Origin: Anaeramoeba ignava BMAN
Taxonomy: Eukaryota; Protista; Anaeramoebae
Direction: 5' to 3'
Length of the DNA stretch: 64,000 nt
NCBI GenBank assembly: GCA_028826165.1
Contig: JAPDFW010000014.1
Location: 16,475-80,474, forward strand
Below the pieces are notes generated by a model. The model had not been told where the DNA came from. It saw only the letters and a program-made list of their open reading frames with translations, and did not search any database. The translations under genes and the position numbers were made by a program. Below, piece after piece: positions 12,147 through 26,333 of this stretch; the first letter of the stretch is position 1; every line of letters starts with the position of its first letter.

Positions 12147-15100
12147 TTAATTAAATTTTGTATTTGGAAATCTTGTTTGTGGTTTTAAAAAAGTTCCTTT
12201 AAAATATTCTGAGAAAATTAATTCATGTTTTTGGATTCCATGATAATAATTGATTTTCTTTTCATTTGCTTCTTTTTTAAGTTTTGAAATTTTTTCATTT
12301 AATAAAAATAAAGAAGAAATTTCTTTTGAAAAATTTCTAAGAAATTCAACATGAAGAAGACAAATTGATAATTTATCTTTAATATTCAATAAAGATTCAT
12401 CAGAAGTTGCTCTATTAAATAAATCAATAACTTTTGAAATATTATCGTCTTGAATAATTTGGATTTCGAAGTTAATATAACTAATCCATAAATGAATAAA
12501 ATGTTCAGAATAATCAAAAGCTCTTTCAAAAAGTTCTCTAATTTGGTTGATTAAATCACTTTGGGATTGATTTGAACTCATTAAGTTATCCATTAATTGA
12601 TTTGTTAAAAAACGACAGAGTTCGATTGTTATTATTGCGTAAATTTTATTGTTTTTTCTTTTTGTTAGTCTTGAATTAGCATAATATTCAGTTAATTCTG
12701 AAAGTGTATTTTCAAGTGAATTTATAAATATTTCATTTGATTTATTTGATATTCTGTATTCAAAATGAGCTAATTTAATAAATCCTTCAGCAATTGCTTT
12801 TTGATTTTTTTGTTTTTTATATTTTGCTATAAAATCATTATAAATGTTTCTTGATTGTTCATTATTTTTTTGTCTTTCTTCAAATTCTGCAAATGAAAAA
12901 ACAATTTTTGGTCTATTTGGAATAAATATTTGTGTTGCTTTTTGGAATATATTTCTTGCTTCTTGAATTTTATTATTTTCTTCATAAAACAAAGCGAATT
13001 TTAACCAAAAAGAAGGATAAAGAGACTAAATTTTTTTAAAAATTTTTTTAAATTTTAATTTTAATTTTTAAAATGAAATATTTTTTAAATTGAAATATTT
13101 TTTAAATATTAAATTGAAATATTTTTTTAATATTAAATTGAAATAATTTTTAAATATTAAATGAAATATTTTTTAAATATTAAATTGAAATATTTTTAAA
13201 TATTAAATGAAATATTTTTTAAATATTATATTGAAATATTTTTTAAATTTTAATTTTAAATTTTAAATGAAATATTTTTTAAATTTTAATTTGAAATATT
13301 TTTAAATATTAAATTGAAATAATTTTGAAATATTTAATGAAATATTTTTTAAATATTAAAATGAAATATTTTTAAATTTTAAATTTTAATTTTTAAATTT
13401 AAATATTTTTAATTTTTAAATTTTGAAAATTTTTAATATTAAAATGAAATATTTTTTTAAATATTAAATTTAAATATTTTTAAAATATTAAATTTAAATA
13501 TTTTTTAAATATTAAATTTAAATATTTTTTAAATATTAAAATGAAATATTTTTTAAATATTAAATTGAAATATTTTAAATATTAAATTGAAATATTTTTT
13601 AAATATTAAATTGAAATATTTTTAAATATTAAATTGAAATATTTTTAAATATTAAATTAAAATAATTTTTAAATATTAAATTGAAATATTTTTAAATATT
13701 AAATTGAAATAATTTTTAAATATTAAATTGAATAATTTTGAAATATTTAAATGAAATAATTTTAATAAATTTTAAAATGAAATATTTTTAAATATTAAAA
13801 TGAAATAATTTTTAAAATATTTAAAATGAAATAATTTTTAAATATTAAAATGAAATATTTTTAAATATTAAATTGAAATATTTTTTAAATATTAAATGAA
13901 ATATTTTTTAAATATTAAAAATGAAATAATTTTTAAATATTAAATTGAAATAATTTTTAAATATTAAATTGAATATTTTTAAATATTAAATGAAATATTT
14001 TTTAAATATAAATTGAAATATTTATTTTTAAATATTAAATTGAAATAATTGAAATATTTTTAAATATTTAATGAAATATTTTTTAAATATTAAAATGAAA
14101 TAATTTTTAAATTTTTAATTGAAATATTTTTTAAATTTTAATTTGAAATATTTTTAAATATTAAAATTGAAATATTTTTAAATATTAAAAATGAAATATT
14201 TTTTAAATTTTAAATTGAAATATTTTTAAATATTAAAATGAAATATTTTTTAAATATTAAATTGAAATATTTTTTAAATATTAAATTGAAATAATTTTTA
14301 AATTTTTAATTTGAAATATTTTTTAAATATTAAATGAAATATTTTTAAATTTTAAAAAAATAACAATTTTCTTTCATAAATTTTTTATAACAAATTCAAA
14401 TGATTCTAAATTTGATTTATATTGTTCTTCTGCATAATTTAAATAAGAATTCCAAATATAAAGTTGTTGATCATCTAATGGATGAATATGAAAATAAGGT
14501 CTTAATATTCCTGATTCATAAATTATAATTTTGTTAAATTTAACTAATGTTTTTTGAAATTCTTGTTCTTGTTTTTGTAATATTGTTTGTAATTTAAAAA
14601 GATTGTTTTGTTCATTTTCTTTTTTTTCTTCTAAAATTAATAAATAAATTAATAAATTAATTAATAAATAAATTAATAAATAAATTAATAAATAAATTAA
14701 TAAATAAATTAATAAATAATTTGATAAATAAATTAATAAATAAATTAATAAATAAATTAATAAATAAATTAATAAATAAATTAATAAATAAATTTATAAA
14801 TAATTTAATAAATAAATTAATAAATAAATTAATAAATAAATTAATAAATAAATTTATAAATAATTTAATAAATAAATTAATAAATAAATTAATAAATAAT
14901 TTAATAAATAATTTAATTAATAAATTAATAAATAATTTAATAAATAATTTAATAAATAAATTAATAAATAATTTAATAAGTAAATTAATAAATAATTTAA
15001 TAAATAAATTAATAAATAATTTAATAAGTAAATTAATAAATAATTTAATAAATAATTTAATAAATAAATTAATAAATAAATTTATAAATAAATTAATAAA

Positions 15101-16251
15101 TAAAAATTAATAATTTTAATAAATAATTTAATAAATAAATTAATAAATAAATTAATAAATAAATTAATAAATAAATTAATAAATAATTTAATAAATAATT
15201 TAATAAATAAATTTAATAAATAAATTAATAAATAATTTAATAAATAATTTAATAAATAATTTAATTAATAAATTAATAAATAATTTAATAAATAATTTAA
15301 TAAATAAAATTAATAAATAAATAAAAAATTTTAAAAATTTAATAATTTAATAAATAATTTAATAAATAATTTAATAAATAAATTAATAAATAAATTAATA
15401 AATAAATTAATAAATAAATTAATAAATAATTTAATAAATAATTTAATAAATAATTTAATAAATAAATAATAAAATTAATTAATAAATAAATTAATAAATA
15501 ATTTAATAAATAATTTAATAAATAATTTAATAAATAATTTAATAAATAATTTAATAAATAAATAAATAAATTAATAAATAAATTAATAAATAATTTAATA
15601 AATAATTTAATAAATAATTTAATAAATAATTTAATAAATAATTTAATAAATAAATTAATAAATAAATTAATAAATAAATTAATAAATAAATTAATAAATA
15701 AATAAATAAATAAATTAATAAAAATAAATAAATAAATAAATAAATTAATAAATAAATTAATAAATAAATAAATTTAATAAATAATTTAATAAATAATTTA
15801 ATAAATAAATTTAATAATAATTTAATAAATAATTTAATAAATAATTTAATAAATAATTTAATAAATAATTTAATAATAAATTAATAAATAATTTAATAAA
15901 TAATTTAATAAATAATTTAATAAATAAATTAATAAATAAATTAATAAATAAATTAATAAATAAATTAATAAATAATTTAATAAAAAAAATTAATAAATAA
16001 TTAAATAATTTTAATAAATTAAATTAATAAATAATAAATAAATTAATAAATAATTTAATAAATAAATTAATAAATAATTTAATAAATGTTTTTGAAAATA
16101 ATAAATAAAATTATAATAAATAAATTAATAAATAATAAAAAATATAAAATAAATCAATAAAAATCAATAAATAAATTTTCAATCAAATAAAAAAATAAAA
16201 ACAATAAATAAATAAATAAATAAATAAAATAAAACAAATAAATAAATAAAA

Positions 16252-16302
<51 letters not shown>

Positions 16303-16329
16303 AATTAAATAAATAATTAAATAAACAAA

Positions 16330-16392
<63 letters not shown>

Positions 16393-16418
16393 AAATTTTA
16401 AATAAATAAATTTTAAAA

Positions 16419-16477
<59 letters not shown>

Positions 16478-17894
16478 TAATAAATAAATTTTAATAAATA
16501 ATTTAATTTTAAATAATTTTAATAAATAATTTAATAAATAATTTAATAAATAATTTAATAAATAAATTAATAAATAAAATTAATAAATAAATTAATAAAT
16601 AAATAATTTAAATTTCCATTTCTAATCAATCTTCTAAATTAAAAACAACATTAAAATTGTTTTTGGAAATATAATTTTTCAATCTAAAAAATATATCTAT
16701 ATCTTTTTGTTTCAAATATAAAATATAAAATATAAAATATAAAATATCAATAAAAACCATTTTCATTTTTGAGGATAAATTTTCAGGTTCTAATTCAGAT
16801 AAAGGTCTTGTTTGAGCGTAATGTCTTTTATAACTAAATTAATTTTTAAATTAAAATTTAAATTTATTACAAAAAGAAACAATTTAAAATTAAAGAGAAA
16901 AAAAACTATTACTTTTGCCAATAAATTTCAATTTGTTGAATTGGAATTTGAATAACTTTTTGATAAATTTTTGTAACATTTTCTGGTTTATTTTGTGAAA
17001 ATTCCCATTCAATATAATCATTCCAAAGATTTGTAGAAAAAAAATCAGTTCCAACAGCTTCAATAGCTCTTTCAAATAAACTTAATTTTAATTTTAATTT
17101 TAATTTTAATTTTAATTTTATTTTTAATTTTGATTTTGATTTTCATTTTAATTTTAATTTTAATCTTAATTTTATAAATGAATTTTAATTTTATAAATGA
17201 ATTTTAATTTTAATTTTAATTTTAATTTTAATTATAATTTTAATTTTAATTTTAATTTTAATTTTAATTATAATTTTATAAATGAATTTTAATTTTAATT
17301 TTAATTTTAATTTTAATTTTAATTTTAATTTTAATTTTAATTTTAATTTTAATTTTAATTTTAATTTTAATTTTAATTTTTAATTTTAATTTTAATTATA
17401 ATTTTAATTATAATTTTAATTTTAATTTTAATTTTATAAATGAATTTTAATTATAATTTTATAAATGAATTTTTATTTAAATTTCAATTAAAAAAAATAC
17501 TTTCTTGTAAAATCAGGAGGTTTATTTTCAATTGAATAACGACAATAAAAAATCCAAATATCAACACAATAATAAGCAACTTTAACAGCTCTTTCATAAA
17601 TTTGTTCTTGATTTTCTAAATCTAAAAGAGAATATTTATTCCAATAACCAAAAGCAAATGGATAAATTGATAAAAATAAATCAAAACTCTTTCTAATTTG
17701 ATTTATTTTTCTTCCATTTTCTGCAACTGTTAATATTTTAATCCAAGTTGAAAAATCTTCTCTATTTTTTTCAAGAAATTGAATATATTTATCAAATTCA
17801 TTCTAAAGATAATTTTAATAAAAGAAAAATTTAATATTTTTTATTTATTATTTTTTATTTATTTTTTATTTTTTACATCTTCTAAAGTTGTCAT
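12147..17894 (-). CDS. PRP39: Pre-mRNA processing factor 39 (HAT-repeat U1 snRNP protein), at least 6 exons
   Basis: Exons translate to DFSTWIKIL..FDLFLSIYPFAFGYWNKY..IYERAV..CVDIWIFY, LFERAIEAVGTDFFSTNLWNDYIEWE, YESGILRPYFHIHPLDDQQLYIWNSYLNY and LYPSFWLKFA..EARNIFQKA. The junction near 14360-14385 does not resolve cleanly (probable consensus error). Confidence 0.9.
13030..14350. repeat. About 23-bp minisatellite (TTAAATTGAAATATTTTTAAATA) in a PRP39 intron
   Basis: Degenerate tandem copies seen directly. Confidence 0.85.
14635..16610. repeat. 12-bp (AATTAATAAATA)n and (AAAT)n array in a PRP39 intron
   Basis: Seen directly; it is the source of the artefactual LINK-repeat ORF at 14721. Confidence 0.9.
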
Positions 17895-18166
17895 TTTTAA
17901 TTTTTTTATATTTATTTTTCTTTTTATTTGAAAAAAATGAAAAATGAAAAATGAAAAAATGAAAAAAAAAATAATTTTTAGAATTTAAAAAAAAAAAGTG
18001 GAATAAAATTTCAAATTAAAAAAATAAATGAGAAAGTGATTTGTTTTTGGATTGGATTTATTTTTTTTGAAAGGAAAAAAATTCATCAAAAAGAAATAAT
18101 TTTCTTTCTCATTTCTTCTTCTTAATGAATTATTGTTGTTTGAAAAAAAATTTGATTGAAAAAAAT

Positions 18167-20237
18167 TCAAAAGAATTGTAGAATCATCATCATTAATCCA
18201 ATTATCAAAATTGAGAAAAGAATTTCTGAACTTGATGATGGTGGTGGATTTGGTGGATTTGGAACTGAAAATTGTATAAATGGAACTGGATAATTATTAT
18301 ATCCTGAAGCATATTCATATCTTGATGTCGAATCATATACTCCAATAAATCCATTCAAATATAGACCAATTGATGTGTTTGAAAGTAGTTGATTTGAAAT
18401 TGTTTCAATTTGGATTATTCTTGTTTCATATTCTCCAGTTTCATTATTCAAAAAATCACTCACAAAAAATCCATAAGTTTGACTTGATTCAATAAATGAA
18501 CCAACGAAATTATTAACTCCTTCAATTTCAAGACAATAAAAAAGTTCCGTATTAGTTAATCCAAGTCTACAAATTTCAGAATATGTTGCATCAGTCCCAA
18601 AATAAATGTATTGATGATTTGAATCAAGGAATATTACGGAAACATTATAATTTGATAAATAAGTTGAATCAATAACTTCACTTAAATTTGATAAAGCAAC
18701 TTGATTTATGAAATAACCTGAAACCTTCAACAATTCATAAAGAAATCCTTTTGAAGAATAAACTATCAAATAATCAATTTCATTGTTATCCAAAATAACA
18801 GTATCAACAATTTCAAAATTAGGTGAGTTGATTTTACTGAGTGTGGAAACATTAGAAGTATGATTATCAAATCCAACATAAACGAAATGGTTTTGATTAT
18901 CAAATGCACTTACTATAAATGAACAATTAGAATCAAGTATTATAACTCCATCAACTGAAAAATTTGATAATCTGAGTTTGATAGCTCCTAATCCAGAAGA
19001 AGATAAGAAGAAATAAGCAAATCCATTTGTTGAATCAATTTCTCCTCCAGTAAATGAATCACTAACTCCAGTATTCAAAAAATCAACAAGTTGAAATGAA
19101 TCAAGATCAACTTTAGCAATTGTTCCAACACCATTACTAAATGCAACATAACCAATATTATTTGGTTCATCAACCAAAATTACTGATGGATATCGACAAT
19201 TTGGAACTATTATTTGATCAGTTTGATTTAATACTGTTAAATCAACTTCAGAAACTCCTATCTCTGATAATCCAATAAATGCTTTTTGAATGTTTAAATC
19301 AACAGACATTGAATTAGGTGTGAAAGTAAAACTTAATGAATCAATTCCGGTGAAATCAGTTAAATTGATTTTGACAAGAAGTTTTGATCGAGATACGAAA
19401 TAAGCTAATTCATTATCAATATCAATTCCTGTTCCTAAGCAATATGAACATGAAGTTGCAATTGAATCTACTTTTGTGAAATCTGTTAAATTCACCCTTC
19501 ACAATCATCATTGGAGCTGAGTTAGTTCCCAAATACATAAATCCTGTTGAAGAATCAATCACTGCACAAAATGGTTGTGCTTCTGATGAATCCAAAGCAA
19601 GAGATCCAACTTCAGTAAAATTTGATAAATCAATTTTGGAAATCACTGGAGTTCCTCCTACTGGTGTGCAACAATCTGTGAAAACATAAAAAAATCCATT
19701 TGGAATATCAATAGCAGAACCCCAAAAATTTTGATTTGAAGTATTAAGTGTTAAATTTGCTTCTTCAGTAAACGTTGTTAAATCAATTTTGACAACACCA
19801 ACGATTATATTAACAGCAAAATAAGCTTTTTGATTTACAACATCAATTTGGCCAGTCCAAACACCATCACCATTTGTTGATAAAGTGAGAATATCAACAA
19901 CTGTGAATGTTTTTAAATCCACTTTCGCAATTTTATTAGGATTAGTATATGCTCCAAAATAAGCAAATTTATTAACAGTATCAATCACTCCACATTGAAT
20001 ATTATGAATTTCCAAATCAAGAACATTAACAGGTTGAAGAGTATTTATATTAAACTTATAAAGAGTCTTATAATCATAATCAGCAAAGTAAACAAATCCT
20101 TCATCAACATCGATTAGAGAAACATAAGGACTAGATATTCCAAGTGGGAAATTGAATGAATTTGATGGAGTAATTTGAGGTTTAACAATCAAAATGAGAA
20201 AAATTAATGAAGAAAAAAAAAGCAGAAAAGTATTCAT
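18167..20237 (-). CDS. Intronless secreted, probably GPI-anchored beta-propeller repeat protein (about 690 aa, one frameshift near 19495)
   Basis: Signal-peptide-like MNTFLLFFSSLIFLILIV, then 14 repeats of about 40-45 aa (ID..NGF.Y.G....I.K(I/V)DL..F..V..L.L), a Pro/Ser linker and a hydrophobic C-terminus. Removing one base from CCC at 19495-19497 joins the two ORFs as IVKVNLTDF, which fits the repeat. Confidence 0.75.
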
Positions 20238-21269
20238 TTGTTTGTTTTTTTTGTTTGTTCCTATTTTCAAACAATAATAAATAAAAAGAAAAGAAAAACA
20301 AAACAAACAAATTAATTAAATAATTAAATAATAAAAAAAAAAGTTTTTTAAGTGTGTTTTTTTTTTGTGGATTTAGATCCAAAATTATTACTTTAAAAAG
20401 CAAAACAAAAGTAAATGGAAAATTTAAAAAAGAAAGAAATGAATTTAGAAAAAAAAAGAATTAAAAATTTATCCAAAATCAAGATGAGGTTGGAATTTCA
20501 GGAAAAAATTTTTTTCTTTTTCTTTTTCTTTTTAAATTTAAATTAAAAATTATTTTGAGAAAATTGGTTTTCAAAAGGAAATTTATTTTTTTTTATTAAG
20601 TACATTTAATACTTTAATTTATTTTTATTTTCTTTTTTTGATCATTTTGATGATTTCAGTTTATTTTCTTTTAAATTATAAAGAACTTCTTTTCTTTTCT
20701 TTTTCTTTTTTTACTAAAAAGATATTTATTGAAAATTCTAACTATTTTAAAGGAAAAGTTGTTAAAAAATTGATAATTGAGTATTTTTTATTTATTTTTT
20801 TTTTGATCAAAAAAGTATAACAAAATTAATTAAACTGAGTACAGAAAACAACTTAATTATTAACAAAAGTTTTGAAAAATAAATTTGTCTCATTTTTCTC
20901 TTTTTTCTTTTGTTTTTGAATTGATTTTGATAATTTGAATTAATAATTTCTTTTCTTATTTAATTTTCCAATTAAATTCAAATTTTTCTTCTTTATTATT
21001 TTTCTTCTTTAACAAAATATTTTTTTTGAGTTTTTTTTCCAATAAATGAATTAAGAAAATAGATTAATCTTTCTATGAAATTTTGAAAATAAATTTTCTT
21101 TAAAGATTTTCTTCAATTTTTTATCCGATTTTAATTTTGATTTTAATTTTTTATTTTTGAAAAGAAAAAGTAATTCTTGATTTTTGTTTTTAAAAAAATT
21201 GAAAAAAAAAAAACTTTGAGAAAATTCAATCATTTTCTTTTAAAAAAAAAAATCAATGAATGAATTTAA

Positions 21270-23419
21270 TTAATCAATATTCATTTGATTATCATTATTT
21301 AAATCCATATCATCCAAATCATCTTGAGGTTGAACTCTTTCTAAAAACTTTTCCAATTTATCTTTTTCTAAAAATTTAAAAGGAGTATCAACTCCAACAA
21401 TTCCAACTGAACAATTATCTTTAGTTAAAACTTCTTTACTTGATGATTCTTTAATTGCTGTTAATCCATGAAAAATTAAATCATCTAAACTTAATTTTTT
21501 AAAATTTTCAAAATTCTTTTCTAAATAAGTTTTTGCACTTTGTGCTCGTGACCCTATTGCTTGTGCATAATAATTAAAATAATTTCCTGATGGACTTGTT
21601 TCAAATAAATGAACTCCTGATTTCTTTTTTTAATTTTAATTTTAAATTTAAATTTAATTTTAATTTTAATTTTAATTTTAATTTTATAAATGAATTTTAA
21701 TTTTAATTTTATAAATGAATTTTAATTTTAATTTTAATTTAAATTTTAATTTTAATTTTAATTTAAATTTTAATTTTAATTTTAATTTTAATTTTAATTT
21801 TAATTTTGATTTTAATTTTAATTTTAATTTTAATTTTAATTTTAATTTTAATTTTAATTTTAATTTTAATTTTAATTTTAATTTTAATTTTAATTTTAAT
21901 TTTAATTTTAATTTTAATTTTAATTTTAATTTTTAATTTTAATTTTAATTTTAATTTTAATTTTAATTTTAATTTTAATTTTATTAATTTTAATTTTATA
22001 AATGAATTTTAATTTTATAAATGAATTTTAATTTTATAAATGAATTTTAATTTTATAAATGAATTTTAATTTTATAAATGAATTTTAATTTTGATTTTAA
22101 ATTTAATTTTAATTTTAATTTTATAAATGAATTTTTAAAAGAAATAAATTGAATGAAATGCTCTCTGTTTAAAAATAAATATAATATAATATACATCATG
22201 ACCAATAACTAATAAACCAACACCATAAGGTCTTTTTCCATATCTTTGAGTATGAATTTGAGATTCTTAATTAATTAATAAATTAATAAATTGAATTTAA
22301 ATTTAAAAAATTTGAGATAAAATTTAAATTATAATAAAATATACTATCAGCAATTTGAGAAACTAATTTTTCAACACTCATTGGTGATTCAAAAACATAT
22401 TTATGATTTAAAGTTTCATTCTGCATATATTTCAATAAAACTCTTGCATCAGCAGTAAGTCCTGCAATTGCTATTCCAATATTTTCATCAACTTTAAAAA
22501 TTTTCTAAAAGAGAAAAAATATTTTTTAATTTTAATTTTAATTTTAATTTTAATTTTAATTTTTAATTTTAATTTTAATTTTAATTTTAATTTTAATTTT
22601 AATTTTTAATTTTAATTTTTAATTTTAATTTTAATTTTAATTTTAATTTTAATTTTAATTTTAATTTTAATTTTAATTTTAATTTTAATTTTAATTTTAA
22701 TTTTAATTTTAATTTTAATTTTAATTTTAATTTTAATTTTAATTTTAATTTTAATTTTTAATTTTAATTTTAATTTTTAATTTTTAATTTTAATTTTAAT
22801 TTTTAATTTTAATTTTAATTTTAATTTTAATTTTAATTTTAATTTTAATTTTAATTTTAATTTTAATTTTTAATTTTAATTTTAATTTTAATTTTAATTT
22901 TAATTTTAATTTTAATTTTAATTTTAATTTTAATTTTAATTTTAATTTTAATTTTAATTTTAATTTTAATTTTAATTTTAATTTTAATTTTAATTTTAAT
23001 TTTAATTTTAATTTTAATTTTTAATTTTAATTTTAATTTTAATTTGAATTTTAATTTTGATTTTAATTTTAATTTTAATTTTAATTTTAATTTTAATTTT
23101 AATTTTAATTTTAAATTTAATTTTAATTTTAATTTTAATTTTAATTAAATAATAAAAATAATTGAATATAAATTAAATAAATGAATTAAATTTAAAATAT
23201 ATATTATAAATAAAATTATAAATAAATTAATAATACTTGTTGATAAGAACTAAGATCTGAACTAGATCTAAGAAGAGTAACAACAATAGCATGAGTTTCA
23301 CTTTTTAAACCAATTGCAGTACTTCCTTGTTTAACAGCTTCCATTGCATATTCTATTTGATGTAATCTTCCTTGTGGAGAAAATGTTGTTACATCTGAAT
23401 CATATTGTGTTCGAAACAT
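21270..23419 (-). CDS. PSMA1: 20S proteasome subunit alpha type-1 (alpha6/Pre5), 4 exons
   Basis: [90 protein letters not shown]. Introns 1 and 3 are filled with (TTTTAA)n. Confidence 0.97.
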
Positions 23420-24028
23420 TTTTTAAAAATGAAAAAAAAAATGAAGAAAAAAAATGAAAAAATTTTTTTGTTTTTTTTTTTAAATTTGGAACTGAATAAA
23501 ATTTTTATTTAAATTTTAATTTAAAAAGGAATTAATTTTAAATTTAATTTTAATTGTAAATTTTGCTTTTAATTTTAATTTTAATAAAAAAAATTCTTTT
23601 TAAAAATTTATCCGATTTTTAATTTTAATTTTAATTTTAATTTTTAATTTTGATTTTAATTTTGATTTTAATTTGAATTTTGATTTTAATTTTTTATTTT
23701 ATTTTTAATTTTATTTTTATTTTTAATTTTAATTTAAATTTTAATTTTAATTTTAATTTTAATTTTATTTTTAATTTTATTTTTAATTTTAATTTTAATT
23801 TTAATTTTAATTTTAATTTTAATTTTAATTTTAATTTTAATTTTAATTTTAATTTTTTTAATTTTAATTTTAATTTTAATTTTAATTTTAATTTTAATTT
23901 TAATTTTAATTTTAATTTTAATTTTAATTTTAATTTTATTTTGAAAATTTAATTTTAATTTAGAATTTTAATTTTAATTTTAATTTTAATTTTAATTTTA
24001 ATTTTAATTTTAATTTTGGAATTGAAAT

Positions 24029-25100
24029 TTATTTAATAAATGGAATATAAGTTGGTGTTTTTGAACGATATTTTCTGTATTCATCTCCAAAAAATTTAAT
24101 TAAATTTAATTCTTCATCTTGAATTCTTTCATTGAAAAATTTCCATAAAATTATTGCAAAAGCAATTGGAGAAAGAATATTGCATAAAAATATTTGAGTT
24201 CCACAAGCCCAAATTAAAAATCCAAGATAACCAGGATGTCTTATATATCTAATAAATAATAAAAAATTAAAATCGGATAAAAAATTAAAATTAAAATTAA
24301 AATTAAAAATTAAAATTAAAAATTAAAATTAAAATAAATTAAAATTAAAATTAAAATTAAAATTAAAATTAAAAATTAAAATTAAAATTAAAATTAAATT
24401 AAAATTAAAATTAAAATTTAAAATTATAATTAAAATTAAAATTAAAATTAAAATTAAAATTAAAATTAAAATTAAAATTAAAATTAAAATTAATATTTAA
24501 TATTAAAATTAATATTAAAATTAAAATTAAAATTAAAATTAATATTAAAATTAATATTAAAATTTAAAATTAAAATTAAAATTAAAATTAAAATTAAAAT
24601 TAAAATTAAAATTAATATTAAAATTAAAATTAAAAATAAAATTAATATTAATATTAATATTAAAATTAACTTATAAATTCCAAAATCAACTAATCTATGA
24701 TTAAATCTCTTTTCTTCTTGAACTTCATGAGTGAAATTATGTTGAGCAGTTATCATTGAAACTTTTCTAATAAGTTCACCAATAATAATTAATAATAATC
24801 CCAAAATTTGCATAAAACTATTTTGTTTAAAAGAAGAAATAAAAAAGGAAGATAAAATATATTCAGTTAATCCACCTAAAACTGAATAAGTATAATCCCA
24901 AGTTATCAAAGTTGCTAAAAATTTAATTTTTAATTTTCAAAAAAATTAATCAAGTTTTTGTTTTTAAATTTTGCTTTTTTTTTTTTACATTCCCAACTTA
25001 AATGAGATGGATTATAAATATATGTTAATAAAACTTCTGATAAATGGAAAAAAAGATAAATTGTTATTAAAATTAAAAATGTTGCAAAAATCCCAAACAT
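24029..25100 (-). CDS. ICMT: Isoprenylcysteine carboxyl methyltransferase (Ste14), 3 exons
   Basis: FFHLSEVLLTYIYNP, GELIRKVSMITAQHNFTHEVQ..HRLVDFGIYKYIRHPGYLGF..GTQIFLCN..FFNERIQDEELNLIKFFGDEYRKYRSKTPTYIPFIK*. Confidence 0.95.
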
Positions 25101-25149
25101 TTTAATAAAATAAAAAAATGAAAAAAAATGAAAAAAAGGAAAAAAAAAG

Positions 25150-25935
25150 AATTAATTTAAAAATATAATTTAATAATTAATTTAAAAATATAATTTAATA
25201 TTTAATTTTATTATTAAAATATTTAACATATAAATATAAAAAATGAAAATAGGTTTAATTTAATATTTAATTTATAAATTAATTTAAAAATATAATTTAA
25301 TATTTAATTTTATTATTAAAATAATAATTTATTGTTTTAGATTTAAATATTTTATTATTTAATTATTTAAACATATAAAAATATAAAAATAAGAATAGAT
25401 TTAATTTAATATTTAATTTATAAATTAATTTAAAAATATAATTTAATATTTAATTTTATGTTTAAAAATAATAATTTATTGTTTTAGATTTAAATATTTT
25501 ATTATTTAAATATTTAAACATATAAATATAAAAAATAAGAATAGATTTAATTTAATATTTAATTTATAAATTAATTTAAAAATATAATTTAATATTTAAT
25601 TTTATTAAAATAATAATTTATTGTTTTAGATTTAAATATTTTATTATTTAAATATTTAACATATAAATATAAAAAATGAAAATAGGTTTAATTTAATATT
25701 TAATTTAATAAATTAATTTAAAAATATAATTTAATATTTAATTTTATGTTTAAAATAATAATTTATTGTTTTAGATTTAAATATTTTATTATTTAAATAT
25801 TCAACATAAAAATATAAAAAAATAAGAATAGATTTAATTTAATATTTAATTTATAAATTAATTTAAAAATATAATTTAATATTTAATTTTATTATTAAAA
25901 TAATAATTTATTGTTTAATTTTATGTTTAAAAATA
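25150..25935. repeat. About 145-bp tandem repeat, about 5 copies, between the divergent ICMT and BTB-TLDc genes
   Basis: The landmark AACATA recurs at about 25225, 25370, 25517, 25658 and 25803. Confidence 0.85.
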
Positions 25936-26333
25936 TTTTGAAAATTGATTTTTTTTAAATTAAAATTTTATCTTTTTTTTTGAATTAAATTGAATTAATA
26001 TTAATTTGAAAATTTGTTTTAAAATTTAAATTTATTAATAATTTTTAAATTCCAAAAAAAAAAATTAAATTAAAAATTAAATTAAAATAATTTTCCTTTT
26101 TTTTTAATAAAGAAAATTAATAAAAAATAATAATAATTTATTAATAAATTAATTTAAAATAATAAATTAAAAAGAAAATTAAATTAATTATTAATTTAAA
26201 TTTATTCTCATTTTTTATATTTTTATTTATTTTCAAAATCCACTTTTTTTATTCATTTTTTTTTTTTAAATTTTTTTTTTCATTTTTTTCCTTTTTTTTA
26301 AAACACAAAAACAAAAACAAAAACAAAAACAAA

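Noticed and set aside
14355-14390. Non-canonical splice junction in PRP39
   Set aside because: The frame slips in an A-run, a few expected residues are missing and there is no U12 signature, so a local sequence error is more likely.
21630-24670. Rule that intronic repeats are always A-rich on the sense strand
   Set aside because: It holds for FTHFS, PSMA1 and the kinases but is reversed in ICMT intron 2 and the PRP39 intron at 14635-16610.
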